64,000 nt of DNA, from NCBI GenBank assembly GCA_950097015.1, contig CATNEN010000038.1, positions 12,028,001 through 12,092,000 of the forward strand, written 5' to 3'. Below, piece by piece: positions 11,915-23,517 of this stretch. Positions within the stretch are counted from its first letter, which is position 1. Each line of letters opens with the position of its first letter. The notes below the pieces were generated by a model that saw only the letters and a list, made by a program, of their open reading frames with translations, was not told the origin of the DNA and did not search any database. Position numbers and translations under genes: made by a program. The stretch comes from Macrostomum hystrix (taxonomy: Eukaryota > Animalia > Platyhelminthes).

Positions 11915-13010
11915 GTGGGAAAGGTGTGAAACCAGGCGGTGGGGAGGGAAGGTGTTAAAACGAGGCTGTTGGGACGGAGGGTGTGAAACGAGGGGTGGGG
12001 AGGGAAGGTGTGAAACGAGGGGTGGGGAAGGAAAGTGTGAAACGAGAGGTGGGAAAGGAAGGTGTGAAACGAGGGGTGGGGAAGGAAGGTGTGAAACGAG
12101 AGGTGGGGAAGGAAGGTGTGAAACGAGGGGTGGGGAAGGAAGGTGTGAAACGAGAGGTGGGGAAGGAAGGTGTGAAACGAGGGGTGGGGAAGGAAGGTGT
12201 GAAACGAGAGGTGGGGAAGGAAGGTGTGAAACGAGAGGTGGGGAAGGAAGGTGTGAAACGAGGGGTGGGGAGGGAAGGTGTGAAACGAGGGGTGGGGAAG
12301 GAAGGTGTGAAACGAGGGGTGGGGAAGGAAGGTGTGAAACGAGGCTGTTGGGACGGAGCGTGTGAAACGAGGCGTTAGGGAGGGAGGGAAGGTGTTAAAA
12401 CGAGGCTGTTGGGACGGAGGGTGTGAAACGAGGGGTGGGGAAGGAAGGTGTGAAACGAGAGGTGGGGAAGGAAGGTGTGAAACGAGGGGTGGGGAAGGAA
12501 GGTGTGAAACGAGAGGTGGGGAAGGAAGGTGTGAAACGAGAGGTGGGGAAGGAAGGTGTGAAACGAGGGGTGGGGAGGGAAGGTGTGAAACGAGGGGTGG
12601 GGAAGGAAGGTGTGAAACGAGGGGTGGGGAAGGAAGGTGTGAAACGAGGCTGTTGGGACGGAGCGTGTGAAACGAGGCGTTAGGGAGGGAGGGAAGGTGT
12701 TAAAACGAGGCTGTTGGGACGGAGGGTGTGAAACGAGGGGTGGGGAAGGAAGGTGTGAAACGAGAGGTGGGGAAGGTAGGTGTGAAACGAGGGGTGGGGA
12801 AGGAAGGTGTGAAACGAGGGGTGGGGAAGGAAGGTGTGAAACGAGGGGTGGGGAAGGAAGGTGTGAAACGAGAGGTGGGGAAGGAAGGTGTGAAACGAGG
12901 CGTGGGGAGGGAGGGTGTGAAACGAGGCGGTGGGGAGGGAGGCTGTGAAACGTGGCGGTTGGGTGGGAGGGTGGGAAATGCGACGGTGGGGAGGGAGGGT
13001 GTGAAAAAAA
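11915..13010. repeat. G-rich 27-bp minisatellite (gtgtgaaacgaggggtggggaaggaag) with a ~305-bp higher-order repeat
   Basis: Tandem units; the marker block cgaggctgttgggacggagcgtgtgaaacgaggcgttag recurs 305 bp apart. Confidence 0.95.
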
Positions 13011-13552
13011 AGGGAGGGCGGGTACAAAGTGTGAGAAATAGAGTGGAAGGAAGAAGAGGTTTTTCCGGTGACTGATCTACGTACTAGGCAGTGGTACTCG
13101 TTCGTTATGGCAGCTTTGGATGCACCTTCAATTTAATTCAGAAATTCTGCAGTTTAATAAGATTATATTTGAGATTGTGTTTTTTTGTTTCTCTCTTCTT
13201 TGCCTCATGATTTTGTCAGCTCGACAATATACGTCGTAGCTCGACAATGTTACAATAAAGTGCACATGTGAATCAGTAAATTTTCTCGCATGCAGTAACA
13301 AAAATTAATTTATTTGAACTTCGAGACAGTTTGAATAACAAATTACTAAAAGCACAAAGTATGCAGTTAGTACGAACAAAATAATTAATATTTATGTGGT
13401 CGCTGGTCGCATTGCCAGTGAATGTAAATAGAGATTAGACAATTTGATGTCAGAATTAAAACAATTCACCTGAACACACGTGCATTAAAAACACGGAAGA
13501 TAGCAAAAAGATATTCTGTTCTTAACAATAACTGAGCAATTCTTAACTGAAG

Positions 13553-13697
13553 GGTGTACACTGCCTGGCGATGAGAAAGTCAGCGCAGATGTACACGCCT
13601 GGGTGGCTGAGTCTATGCACAGGAGTCAGCGAAAAGTTGCATGCGGGTCGGCTATCACCAAATAATGTGCCATTGCCCACAGCCCTTATTTATTATT
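13553..13697 (+). mobile_element. SINE family A, 3' fragment
   Basis: gtgtacactgcctggcgatgagaaagtcag..ggagtcagcgaaa..attgcccacagccc plus AT tail. Confidence 0.65.
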
Positions 13698-13715
13698 TTT
13701 AGCGCTCCTTTATGG

Positions 13716-13880
13716 ACTTGTATCCTAGTGGTTAGAGCGTTGGACTCACGACTTAAAGGTCGGAGGTTCGATTCCCGACTCCACTAGAACTAATTGTGTT
13801 CTTTAGCAAGACACTTAACTGTGTGCATTGCTTCAGTTCACCCAGCTGTTAAATGGGTCCCAGCGTTAGTTTGGGCAATT
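13716..13880 (+). mobile_element. SINE family B, 3'-truncated
   Basis: ctagtggttagagcg..GGTTCGATTCCC..cagttcacccagctgttaaatggg. Confidence 0.75.
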
Positions 13881-14165
13881 TAGTGTGTAATATAAACGTT
13901 TTTTTCTGAAAAAGGTAGATTTTAAGTCGCCGATACTAACCATGCAACAGATTAGTTTCAGTTTTCCGTAAAAATTAACAAGGTTCATTTTGGCACACAT
14001 GATATTAAGGCTCTTCAATTCATCTTAATAAATATAATGGCATCGAGATAAAAAATATTTTTATGTAAAATTTTAATAAACTCTTTTTATCTCTATTTAA
14101 CAAATCAACGAAGCATTTTATACCTTAGTGAAAGAAGTTCTAGAAAACAAATTTTCCATAGCCAA

Positions 14166-17100
14166 TCAGCGACCTCTGAGCACCTTCTCAAGTCCGATTA
14201 GCGGCGCTTCAAACATCAGCGAGGCCACAAAGGCCGCCATGTAAGCCAACATTGCGTTTCCGAAGAATGCGTGGATCACAGAGAAATTGTCCCACACCAA
14301 GCCCTGCCTGCGGCTCAGATAGTAGGCCATCATCACCACCGGGTGCACCAGGTAGGCGCAGTAGGTCAGTCTGGACAAAGGAGCGAATAGCGGCTGCGAG
14401 AGCAGGCTGTTCACCCAGCCGCCGTTGCCAGTGACGCAGGCCACCGTTACCCAGGCAACGGCCGCGGCCCAAACTGGCCGATAGACGGCGTTGTAGAGCG
14501 AGGCCACGTCCTGGGACAGCTTAACACGGCCGCCGTCGACATCGTAGAGTCCGTAGGCGACGCTGAGGGCGGCTCCGGCTGCCAGAAGCCAGCCGAGCAC
14601 AATGATCAGTCTGCGAGCAGAAAACAGGTTAAATTGTTTATCTGACAGGTGAGAATGTTATCTGACAGGTGAAAATGTTATCTGACAGGTGTAGATTCAC
14701 TCTAATAGGTTTACATTCACTCCAACAGGTGTACATTCACTCCAACAGGTATAGATTCACTCCAGGCTCACCTGTGAGGTCGCCAGCGCCTGCCATCAAG
14801 TCGGTGCAGCGCGTAGCCTGCCAGCACGCCCACCAGGTAGGGGGTGACGCGGAACCAGGGCTTGATGTAGATGCCGCTGAATTCTTGCATGATGCCAAAG
14901 AAGCCAACATTGAGACTGTTCATTGTGCTGTGAATGCCCATGGCCGTGACTGAGGCCAGCAGGAGGGCGAAGGTCGCGCCGATGCCCAGTGCGGGCTTGA
15001 AGGCCAGCAGCCCGAATAGAATGGGGCTGACTACGTAGAACTGCATATCATTGGCCAGGTACCACGACCAGCCCATGCACTGCGGTGTGGAGTTTGGCAG
15101 TTTGACAGCTATTGGTAATGCGTGACAGGTAAAAGCTTAGTCTAACAGGTAAAGTCTTGGTCTAACAGGTAAAGGCTTGGTCTAACAGGTAAAGGCTTAG
15201 TCTAACAGGTAAAGCCTATCTAACAGGTAAAGCCTTAGTCTAACCGGTAAATCCTATCTAACAGGTAAAGCCTATCTAACAGGTAAAGCCTATCTAACAG
15301 GTAAAACCTTAGTCTAACAGGTAAATCCTATCTAACAGGTAAAACCTTAGTCTAACAGGTAAAGCCTATCTAACAGGTAAAGCCTATCTAACAGGTAAAG
15401 CCTATCTAACAGGTAAAGCCTATCTAACAGGTAAAGCCTATCTAACAGGTAAAGCCTATCTAACAGGTAAAGCCTATCTAACAGGTAAAGCCTATCTAAC
15501 AGGTAAAGCCTATCTAACAGGTAAAGCCTATCTAACAGGTAAAGCCTATCTAACAGGTAAAGCCTATCTAACAGGTAAAGCCTATCTAACAGGTAAAGCC
15601 TATCTAACCTACCTATCTAAATGTTTCCTAAAGACTATTGATTCTCCATAGTATCAGTTCTGCATCTTAGAGTCCATGGACTAGGTCAGGTGCTTGAGAT
15701 TATTATTTTAACAAATTCAATTTTCTAAACAAATCGTGCAGGTCCTCACCCCGGCGCCGGAATCAGCGGAGAACAGGTTATTGATGTAGAGCGCATTCTT
15801 CCACCAGTCTGTTGGGCACTGCGAATCGATGCCGCTGGGCGCCTGCGGATACAGAGGCCCCTCGTAGACGTACTGGAATAGGCTGACGTAGGTTGCCATG
15901 ACCAGCAGGTAGGGTGGGGTCAGGCGCCAGTACCTGTGCACGTAGAACATCAGCCAGTTGATCTTGCCCAAACCGCCGCCGAGTCGTTTCAATTCGCGAA
16001 AGAACAAATAAGTTGAGAGCAGGCCGCTGAGAACGAAGAAGCTGTCCACGGACACTGTGGCATTGGCGATCACCTGGAAGGTCCAGTCGTTCTGCCAGCC
16101 GGTGTACAATTGCACCATGTTGTTGATGGAGCCGAATGCAAAATAGTAGGTGTGGCCAAGAATCACCCAGGACATCGAAAGGAAGCGCAGTCCGTGCACG
16201 CAGGTCAGGGTGCCCTCCGAGTGGCTCACGTCAACAATCTTGCGGGCGTTGGTGTACACCGAGAAGCACAGTAGCAGCCGCAAAAGCATGTCTGAGGGGA
16301 TGGCATTGAAAAGTTTTACAGGTTGTTAAAGGGGATCAGGAGAATCGGATGGGATGATTTGATGGGATAATTGGATGGGATAATTGGATAGGATAATTGG
16401 CTGGGATAATTGGATGGGATGATTGGATGGGATAATTGGATGGGATAATTGGATGGGATAATCGGATGGGATGATTTGATGGGATAATTGGATAGGATAA
16501 TTGGCTGGGATAATTGGATGGGATGATTGGATGGGATAATTGGCTGGGATAATTGGATGGGATGATTGGATGGGAAGATTGTATGGGATAATTAGATGGG
16601 ATAATTAGATGTGATAATTAGATGGGTCATTGGATGGGATACTTGGGTGGGAAGATTGGATGAAATGGGATAATTGGGTGCAATGATAGGATGGGATGAT
16701 TGCATGAAAAAAAACAAAAAATGGATCGAACAGGTGAGGAAACAAGCTTAAAAAGGAATTTTTAAGTTTAAGAAGAAAATGTGATAAAAGTACTCACGCG
16801 ATCTGTCAGCGGCGATGCTGCCCTCACTGGCAGCTCGAGGACCTCCGTTGGCAACTCCATTGGCCAGTTCGTTGGCTCGGTGCTCGCTACCGACAGTCGG
16901 CTCGTCGTCGGCCTCATTAACCAGCAGCTGCTTGCCGGAGTTCAGCATGCCGCGACACGTCAGCCGGTAGGCCCGAGCAATGTCGTATGCTGTTCCAAGC
17001 AGCATCAGGCTGCCGAATACGCACAGCAGGATCCTGTCAAGTGGGGTTGCGGAGTGAATCACGTGACAGCGAGCCATGCCTCAGTAGGGGTTGCGGAGTG

Positions 17101-19206
17101 AATCACGTGACACCGAGCCATGCCTCAGTAGGGGTTGCGGAGTGAATCACGTGACAGCGAGCCATGCCTCAGTAGGGGTTGCGGAGTGAATCACGTGACA
17201 CCGAGCCATGCCTCAGTAGGGGTTGCGGAGTGAATCACGTGACAGCGAGCCATGCCTCAGTAGGGGTTGCGGAGTGAATCACGTGACACCGAGCCATGCC
17301 TCAGTAGGGGTTGCGGAGTGAATCACGTGACAGCGAGCCATGCCTCAGTAGGGGTTGCGGAGTGAATCACGCAGCCTTTGGAAGCACCTCGCAATAGCTA
17401 CAGCTGTGCAACTAAGTGTACATCTGACACAAAAGCGCCAGATGAATTTCCTATATTACCTCTCTGTTAATTCTATTTACAAAGCTTGCCAAAATCTGAT
17501 AATCTAGACACGAAACCAAAACACTAACAGTACACAAACTTTTTCCTTCACAATTAATAAGACTTCACATTCTTCACGTGCGAAATAATATTTTGTCAAT
17601 CTCTGGAATTGTGCCAAAACTTTAAATCCAGAAATCTCGCCTTACGATTCTACTTAGTCTCACCCGACAAATCTCCAAAACCTCACCCTAAAAATCTACA
17701 AAATCTCACCCTACAAATCTCCAAAATCACCCTAAAAATCTACAAGATTTCACCCTACAAATCTACAAAATCCCACCCTACACATCTACAAAATCCCACC
17801 CTACACATCTACAAAATCTCACCCTGCAATTATAAAAAATATTATCCTACAAATCTAAAATGTAAAATTTCAAGTCGGTGCTTACGTCATGCCGATTGCC
17901 GCGGATGTCCACGGCAGCTGGGCCCTCGGCCTGTGGCATTGCGTCGCCTGCGGTATGACAACCAGGGACCGGTTAGTCGGCAGCAGCATCTGCAGCGGGC
18001 TGAGCAGCAACTGGGTGAGGTTGGTCACCTGCTCTGCTGAGCAGCTGTCCGGCCAGCAGAGACCGAGCCGGAGGGCGCTTGACTCGAGCCCGCCGGCTGT
18101 CCGGCTGGACCCGCCAGTCTCGGCGACAGCCGTCAGGCAGTAGGATCCGCGAATCGGCAGCCGGCCGCGGCTGGCGTCGTTGATGACGATCGGATCGGAG
18201 CGGCCAACGGCCATGCACTGATCGTAGTTGCCGAGCCACAGCAGGGCGCCGTAGGCAAGGGCGGCTGGGGGCTTGGCGTCAGAGTCCAGGACTGGGGAAT
18301 CGGGCGCGGTGGAGTATCACGTGACTATTATTTAAAGCGATACTCAGGTGACTTTGTCAAGAAACTCAAAACGTGACTTATACGTGAATAAATAAAATCG
18401 ATACTCACGTGACTTGTTTTAAAAAATCCGTCAAGAACTAATTAAAATTTAATTTTAACATTAAGTCACGTGACTTAAATCCCAAACAAGTTTTTGTACA
18501 CAAATAAAGATCGATGATCACGTGACATTTTGTAAACACATAGAATCTATTGTTAAGAGGCTTGTTAGAAAATTCGGAACGAAAGTAATTACGCGACTTT
18601 TTTAGTCGGGGGGGGTAGAGTTTGGGAGCTATCGTTTAGTAGGCAGTAAGTATTTAAAATACCCCTGAGTAGTAATCTCCGCTGTTTTAAACTAAAAGCT
18701 AGGATTTCACAATGGAAAGTCTAACGATTAAAAAAAGTCCAATAACGATAGTCTGTGATTATAGCTAGTAATTAAATACTAGATTGAAAGGGTAAATATT
18801 AGACCGAGATTCACTCACACTTCAAGGCCCAGGTCTCGCGTTTCACCAGAGCGTTAAAGAATGCCACCGTATGGTTGGCGCATGCCGATATTGTCCTATT
18901 GCCATCTCCGGCGACAACAGAAAATGCGTCACCGGTTGGCTTGACAACGCCCTGTCCTTCTAGAAAATGTTGCATAGCTTTCAAGAGGCCCTCCCTCAGG
19001 CTGTCCGCAGACATTAGGCGAGTCAGGGCTTCTTTGGACAGCTGCGACACACTCATTGACTCCGACTCAAGCTCTACGGTGGATCTTGCGTGAGCCAGTC
19101 GGCTGCCAAACGACGCATAGTTGACTCCGACATTTCCTACAGCGGTGGCCGATGTAGCCAGCAGCAGCAGCAGCGATAATGGACCGGCTGGAATCTTGAA
19201 CAGCAT
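14166..19206 (-). CDS. nrf-6: Nose-resistant-to-fluoxetine-6-like O-acyltransferase (NRF domain + acyltransferase 3); exons 19206-18819, 18291-17886, 17033-16798, 16291-15750, 15079-14772, 14610-14166 (774 aa)
   Basis: Signal peptide; WALKFLDSDAK..WLGNYDQC NRF motif; CVHGLRFLSMSWVILGH, VDSFFVLSG, HRYWRLTP, WYLANDMQFY and PLSRLTYCAYLVHP motifs. Junctions are in frame. Confidence 0.92.
14620..14768. repeat. 20-bp minisatellite with TCTRACAGGT core
   Basis: Degenerate tandem units filling an nrf-6 intron. Confidence 0.8.
15120..15612. repeat. 18/20-bp minisatellite (aaagcctatctaacaggt)
   Basis: About 25 tandem copies. Confidence 0.95.
16345..16702. repeat. 13-bp minisatellite (gggataattggat)
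   Basis: Tandem copies in an nrf-6 intron. Confidence 0.9.
17041..17372. repeat. 44-bp tandem repeat, ~7.5 near-identical copies alternating as an 88-bp dimer
   Basis: Unit gtaggggttgcggagtgaatcacgtgaca(g/c)cgagccatgcctca. Confidence 0.95.
17628..17862. repeat. Degenerate ~23-bp minisatellite (aaatctcaccctacaaatctaca)
   Basis: Tandem AC-rich units. Confidence 0.8.
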
Positions 19207-19639
19207 TTCAAACTACAGGACTAAGATCCGGAGAAAGTAAAAAAAGTGGAGCGGTTTAGTGAGCACATACGGCAGCAGTTATAGCGAGCCAGTTATCAGG
19301 TGAGCTGGGCTGCCCTATACTTATCTACTTCTCCTACTCAGTTCGGGGTACTCAGTGTCGAGTCTATGTGCTCTAGCTAGTCTAGCTAGATAACACACTC
19401 TGCATTAGTGGAGAGCAGGGAGAGAGAGAGAGACTGAGAGTGTCTGTATCTGCGATGTACTTTTATATCGACTAAGGCTAATGAAGAATTTTCTATTCTG
19501 TCTTTTTGCTTAGATATAATTAGTTCTGGCACAAGGTTAACAGCACGCAACGAGTGACGTGGGATCTATTTTAGTGCGCGTGAGCGTGTATGACGAAGGG
19601 AATGCACGAAACGAATAGCACTGTGTTAGTGACACTGGA

Positions 19640-21090
19640 CTTATGGATTAGGCTCATTGGGATTAAATCATTGTGGATTAGGCTTGTTGGGATTTATTGA
19701 TTTGTGGATTAGGCTCATTTGGATTAAATGATAGTGGATTAGGCTCATTTGGATTAAATGATAGTGGATTAGGCTCATTTGGATTAAATGATAGTGGATT
19801 AGGCTCATTTGGATTAAATGATTGTGGATTAGGCTCATTTGGATTAAATGATAGTGGATTAGGCTCATTGGGAATAAATGATTGTGGATTAGGCTCATTG
19901 GGATTTATTGATTTGTGGATTAGGCTCATTGGGATTTATTGATTTGTGGATTAGGCTCATTGGGACTTATTGATTAGTGGATTAGGCTCATTTGGATTAA
20001 ATGATTGTGGATTAGGCTCATTTGGATTAAATGATAGTGGATTAGGCTCATTTGGATTAAATGATAGTGGATTAGGCTCATTGGGAATAAATGATAGTGG
20101 ATTAGGCTCATTGGGAATAAATGATAGTGGATTAGGCTCATTGGGAATAAATGATTGTGGATTAGGCTTGTTGGGATTTATTGATTTGTGGATTAGGCTC
20201 ATTTGGATTAAATGATTGTGGATTAGGCTCATTGGGATTTATTGATTTGTGGATTAGGCTCATTGGGATTTATTGATTTGTGGATTAGGCTCATTGGGAT
20301 TTATTGATTTGTGGATTAGGCTCATTGGGATTTATTGATTTGTGGATTAGGCTCATTGGGATTTATTGATTTGTGGATTAGGCTCATTGGGACTTATTGA
20401 TTAGTGGATTAGGCTCATTTGGATTAAATGATTGTGGATTAGGCTCATTTGGATTAAATGATAGTGGATTAGGCTCATTTGGATTAAATGATAGTGGATT
20501 AGGCTCATTGGGAATAAATGATAGTGGATTAGGCTCATTGGGAATAAATGATTGTGGATTAGGCTCATTGGGATTTATTGATTTGTGGATTAGGCTCATT
20601 GGGATTTATTGATTTGTGGATTAGGCTCATTGGGATTTATTGATTTGTGGATTAGGCTCATTGGGATTTATTGATTTGTGGATTAGGCTCATTTGGATTA
20701 AATGATTGTGGATTAGGCTCATTGGGATTTATTGATTTGTGGATTAGGCTCATTGGGATTTATTGATTTGTGGATTAGGCTCATTGGGATTTATTGATTT
20801 GTGGATTAGGCTCATTGGGATTTATTGATTTGTGGATTAGGCTCATTGGGATTTATTGATTTGTGGATTAGGCTCATTGGGATTTATTGATTTGTGGATT
20901 AGGCTCATTGGGATTAAATGATTGTGGATTAGGCTTATTGGGATTAATGATTTGTGGATTAGGCGTATCGGAATTTCATTATTTGTTGATTAAGCGAATT
21001 GGGATTTAATTTTTTGTGGACTAGGCTCATTGGGATTTCAGAATTACGGATAAGCGAATAGGGATTTCATGATTTGTGGATTAGGTTTAT
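19640..21090. repeat. 30/31-bp minisatellite (gtggattaggctcatt[t/g]ggatt..)
   Basis: About 47 tandem copies with two unit variants, upstream of nrf-6. Confidence 0.95.
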
Positions 21091-22312
21091 GTACTGCATG
21101 AACAATGGGATTTGAGAAGTGAAAAAAGGTGCAGCAGTTGATTAAAAAATTATATTTTTTTGACCACTCATATTCTAGCAATAAAAATGAAGAATTGAAC
21201 GTTAGAGAAAGAGAAATATAGACTCAAATGTTTATTGGTAATGTGTAATTAAATCTTAAAGAAAAAAGTTTATTTCTGTTATAAAATAACAAAATTAACA
21301 AAATGAATGAAAATAAAAATACATCACTGGTCGAAAAAATAACAGCTTAAAAGAAAAACTGAAATGACGATTAAATCATTTCTTTTAGATGACAATTTTT
21401 ACATGCAAGGACAAGGGTTAGAAACATTGAGATTCATAACCTTCGTTGTGGTTTACCTTAAGTTAGTTTTAAAGCAGGCTTTTAGCAAATGTTATTTAAA
21501 AGAATCTGTATGACCATTATGCACACTGAAGGTTATCAAATAGAAAAAAGTTGTTCACATTTATGATTGTATCAAAATAAGACACTGCGAGTTGAGATTT
21601 TTTGTTAGAAAGCATGCAACTTCTGGCGCGAATTTGAATAAAAAAAATTGTAAAAAAAATAGAAAAATGATTGGGGAAATCTTTTCAGTATTCACAGATT
21701 TCTTATTTTACATCATATATATTTTATATTTTGGCAAGCTGATCAATTATTAATTGTGAGTTTTGTGGTGAACAGTAGAAAGACAACGGTACTTTCCCCT
21801 GGGGAAAATATCCACTGCCTACTTCACAATAGCTCTCATACCGGATGACCGATTTTTGTAAAAGACGACCATATGGATAAAAATTTTACGACCTTTACAA
21901 TAACTTTCAAAGTCATCAGATGCGAGCATCGTCTAGATATTCATCGATTCTTGCCAAAGACCCTGGAGACAAGGACAACTAAGATTGTTCTGTATAAGCT
22001 AGGAGTGTTCGGGGTTCGGGGTCGGGTCGGGTTTTGGTACCGGGGTCAGGGTTTCCGGGTTTTTTATTTCATTATCGGTTTTGTGCATTATTGCCTTATT
22101 ACGTGATAAAGCGTCTTTTAAAATCGCGCTAATTCAATTTTTTGCTGAACTGAACTGACGTAACTGCACACTGCACTAATAAATTAATAATCGTGATAAG
22201 TAAATCATTCTGATGCAAGTATATATTATAAATAAATCGATAAGCCTCTATGGCGAATTTATAATTGGCTCAATACTATTAATAAACAATAATAGCTGAC
22301 ATAGTTTCATGA

Positions 22313-22614
22313 GAGGTTGTAGCCTAGTGGTTAGAGCGTCGGACTCACGACTTGAAGGTCGGGGGTTCGATTCCCGACTCCACTGAACCAACTTGTTTAG
22401 CAAGCCACTTAACTCTGCATTTCTTCAGTTCACCCAGCTGTTAAATGGGTACCAGCATCAGCTGGGATAATTGAAGGTGGGTGTGGCGTCCCCCCAGTCC
22501 ATGGACTGAACAGCTGTACGCAGCCTTCAGATGCGCCGCGCATTAGCTGCGGCTGTGCTGACGGCTGCACATCTGAACCAATTGGGGCAGGTGTAATCAA
22601 TTATAATTATTATT
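22313..22614 (+). mobile_element. SINE family B, full length
   Basis: tRNA-like head with A and B boxes, CORE-like body, AT-rich tail. Confidence 0.85.
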
Positions 22615-22653
22615 TCATGATGAAATTTTGTAGCAGAAAAACTATGCCTATAT

Positions 22654-23322
22654 CAGGGGTAGGCAAACTTATTTGCTGGCGGGCCAAAGAGAGAGCCTAA
22701 AAGACGACAGCGGGCCGCATTGACTGTATAAATATGAGATAGGAGAGATGAGACACAGGAAATATGGGACATGAGAGAGATGAGACACGGGAGAGATTAG
22801 ACACGGGAGAGATGAGACACGAGAGAGATGAGACACGGGAGAGATTAGACACGGGAGAGATTAGACACGGGAGAGATTAGACACGGGAGAGATTAGACAC
22901 GGGAGAGATTAGACACGGGAGAAATTAGACACGGGAGAGATTAGACACGGGAGAGATTAGACACGGGAGAGATGAGACACGGGAGAGATGAGACACGGGA
23001 GAGATAAGATGGGAGAGATTAGACGCGGGAGAGATTAGACACGGGAGAGATTAGACACAGGAGAGATGAGACACAAGAGAGATGAGACACGGGAGAGATA
23101 AGATAGGGAGAGATTAGACGCGGGAGAGATTAGACACAGGAGAGATGAGACACGAGAGAGATGAGACACGGGAGAGATAAGATAGGGAGAGATTAGACGC
23201 GGGAGAGATTAGACACGGGAGACATGAAACAGGACACTGTAGATGTCAGAAGGGGCAACGGGCCGGATTTGGGAGCTTAGAGGGCCGCATCTGGCCCGCG
23301 GGCCGGAGTTTGCCGACCCCTG
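22654..23322. mobile_element. Non-autonomous hAT MITE (same family as 10777-11396) with internal 16/17-bp minisatellite
   Basis: TIR CAGGGGTAGGCAAAC...GTTTGCCGACCCCTG; perfect 8-bp TSD gcctatat. Confidence 0.92.
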
Positions 23323-23517
23323 GCCTATATAGTCGGTTTCTGCCACTAGACACCCCCGACGAGAATGGCTGAACATCTCGACAATGTCGATTTTTTATTC
23401 GGGAGTTTTATTTTATCGGATTGGAGCGGAAATTCCACCCGTGTTCTTTCTACTGTAAATGAAAACCACACGGAGATGTTGAAGATCAAGCTGACAGGAG
23501 ACAGGATTGACAGTCAA

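Noticed and set aside
17041-17372. CRISPR-like array
   Set aside because: Head-to-tail repeats with no unique spacers, eukaryotic intron, no cas genes.
22313-22385. tRNA gene
   Set aside because: It is the tRNA-like head of a multicopy SINE, continuing into a shared body; no convincing acceptor stem.
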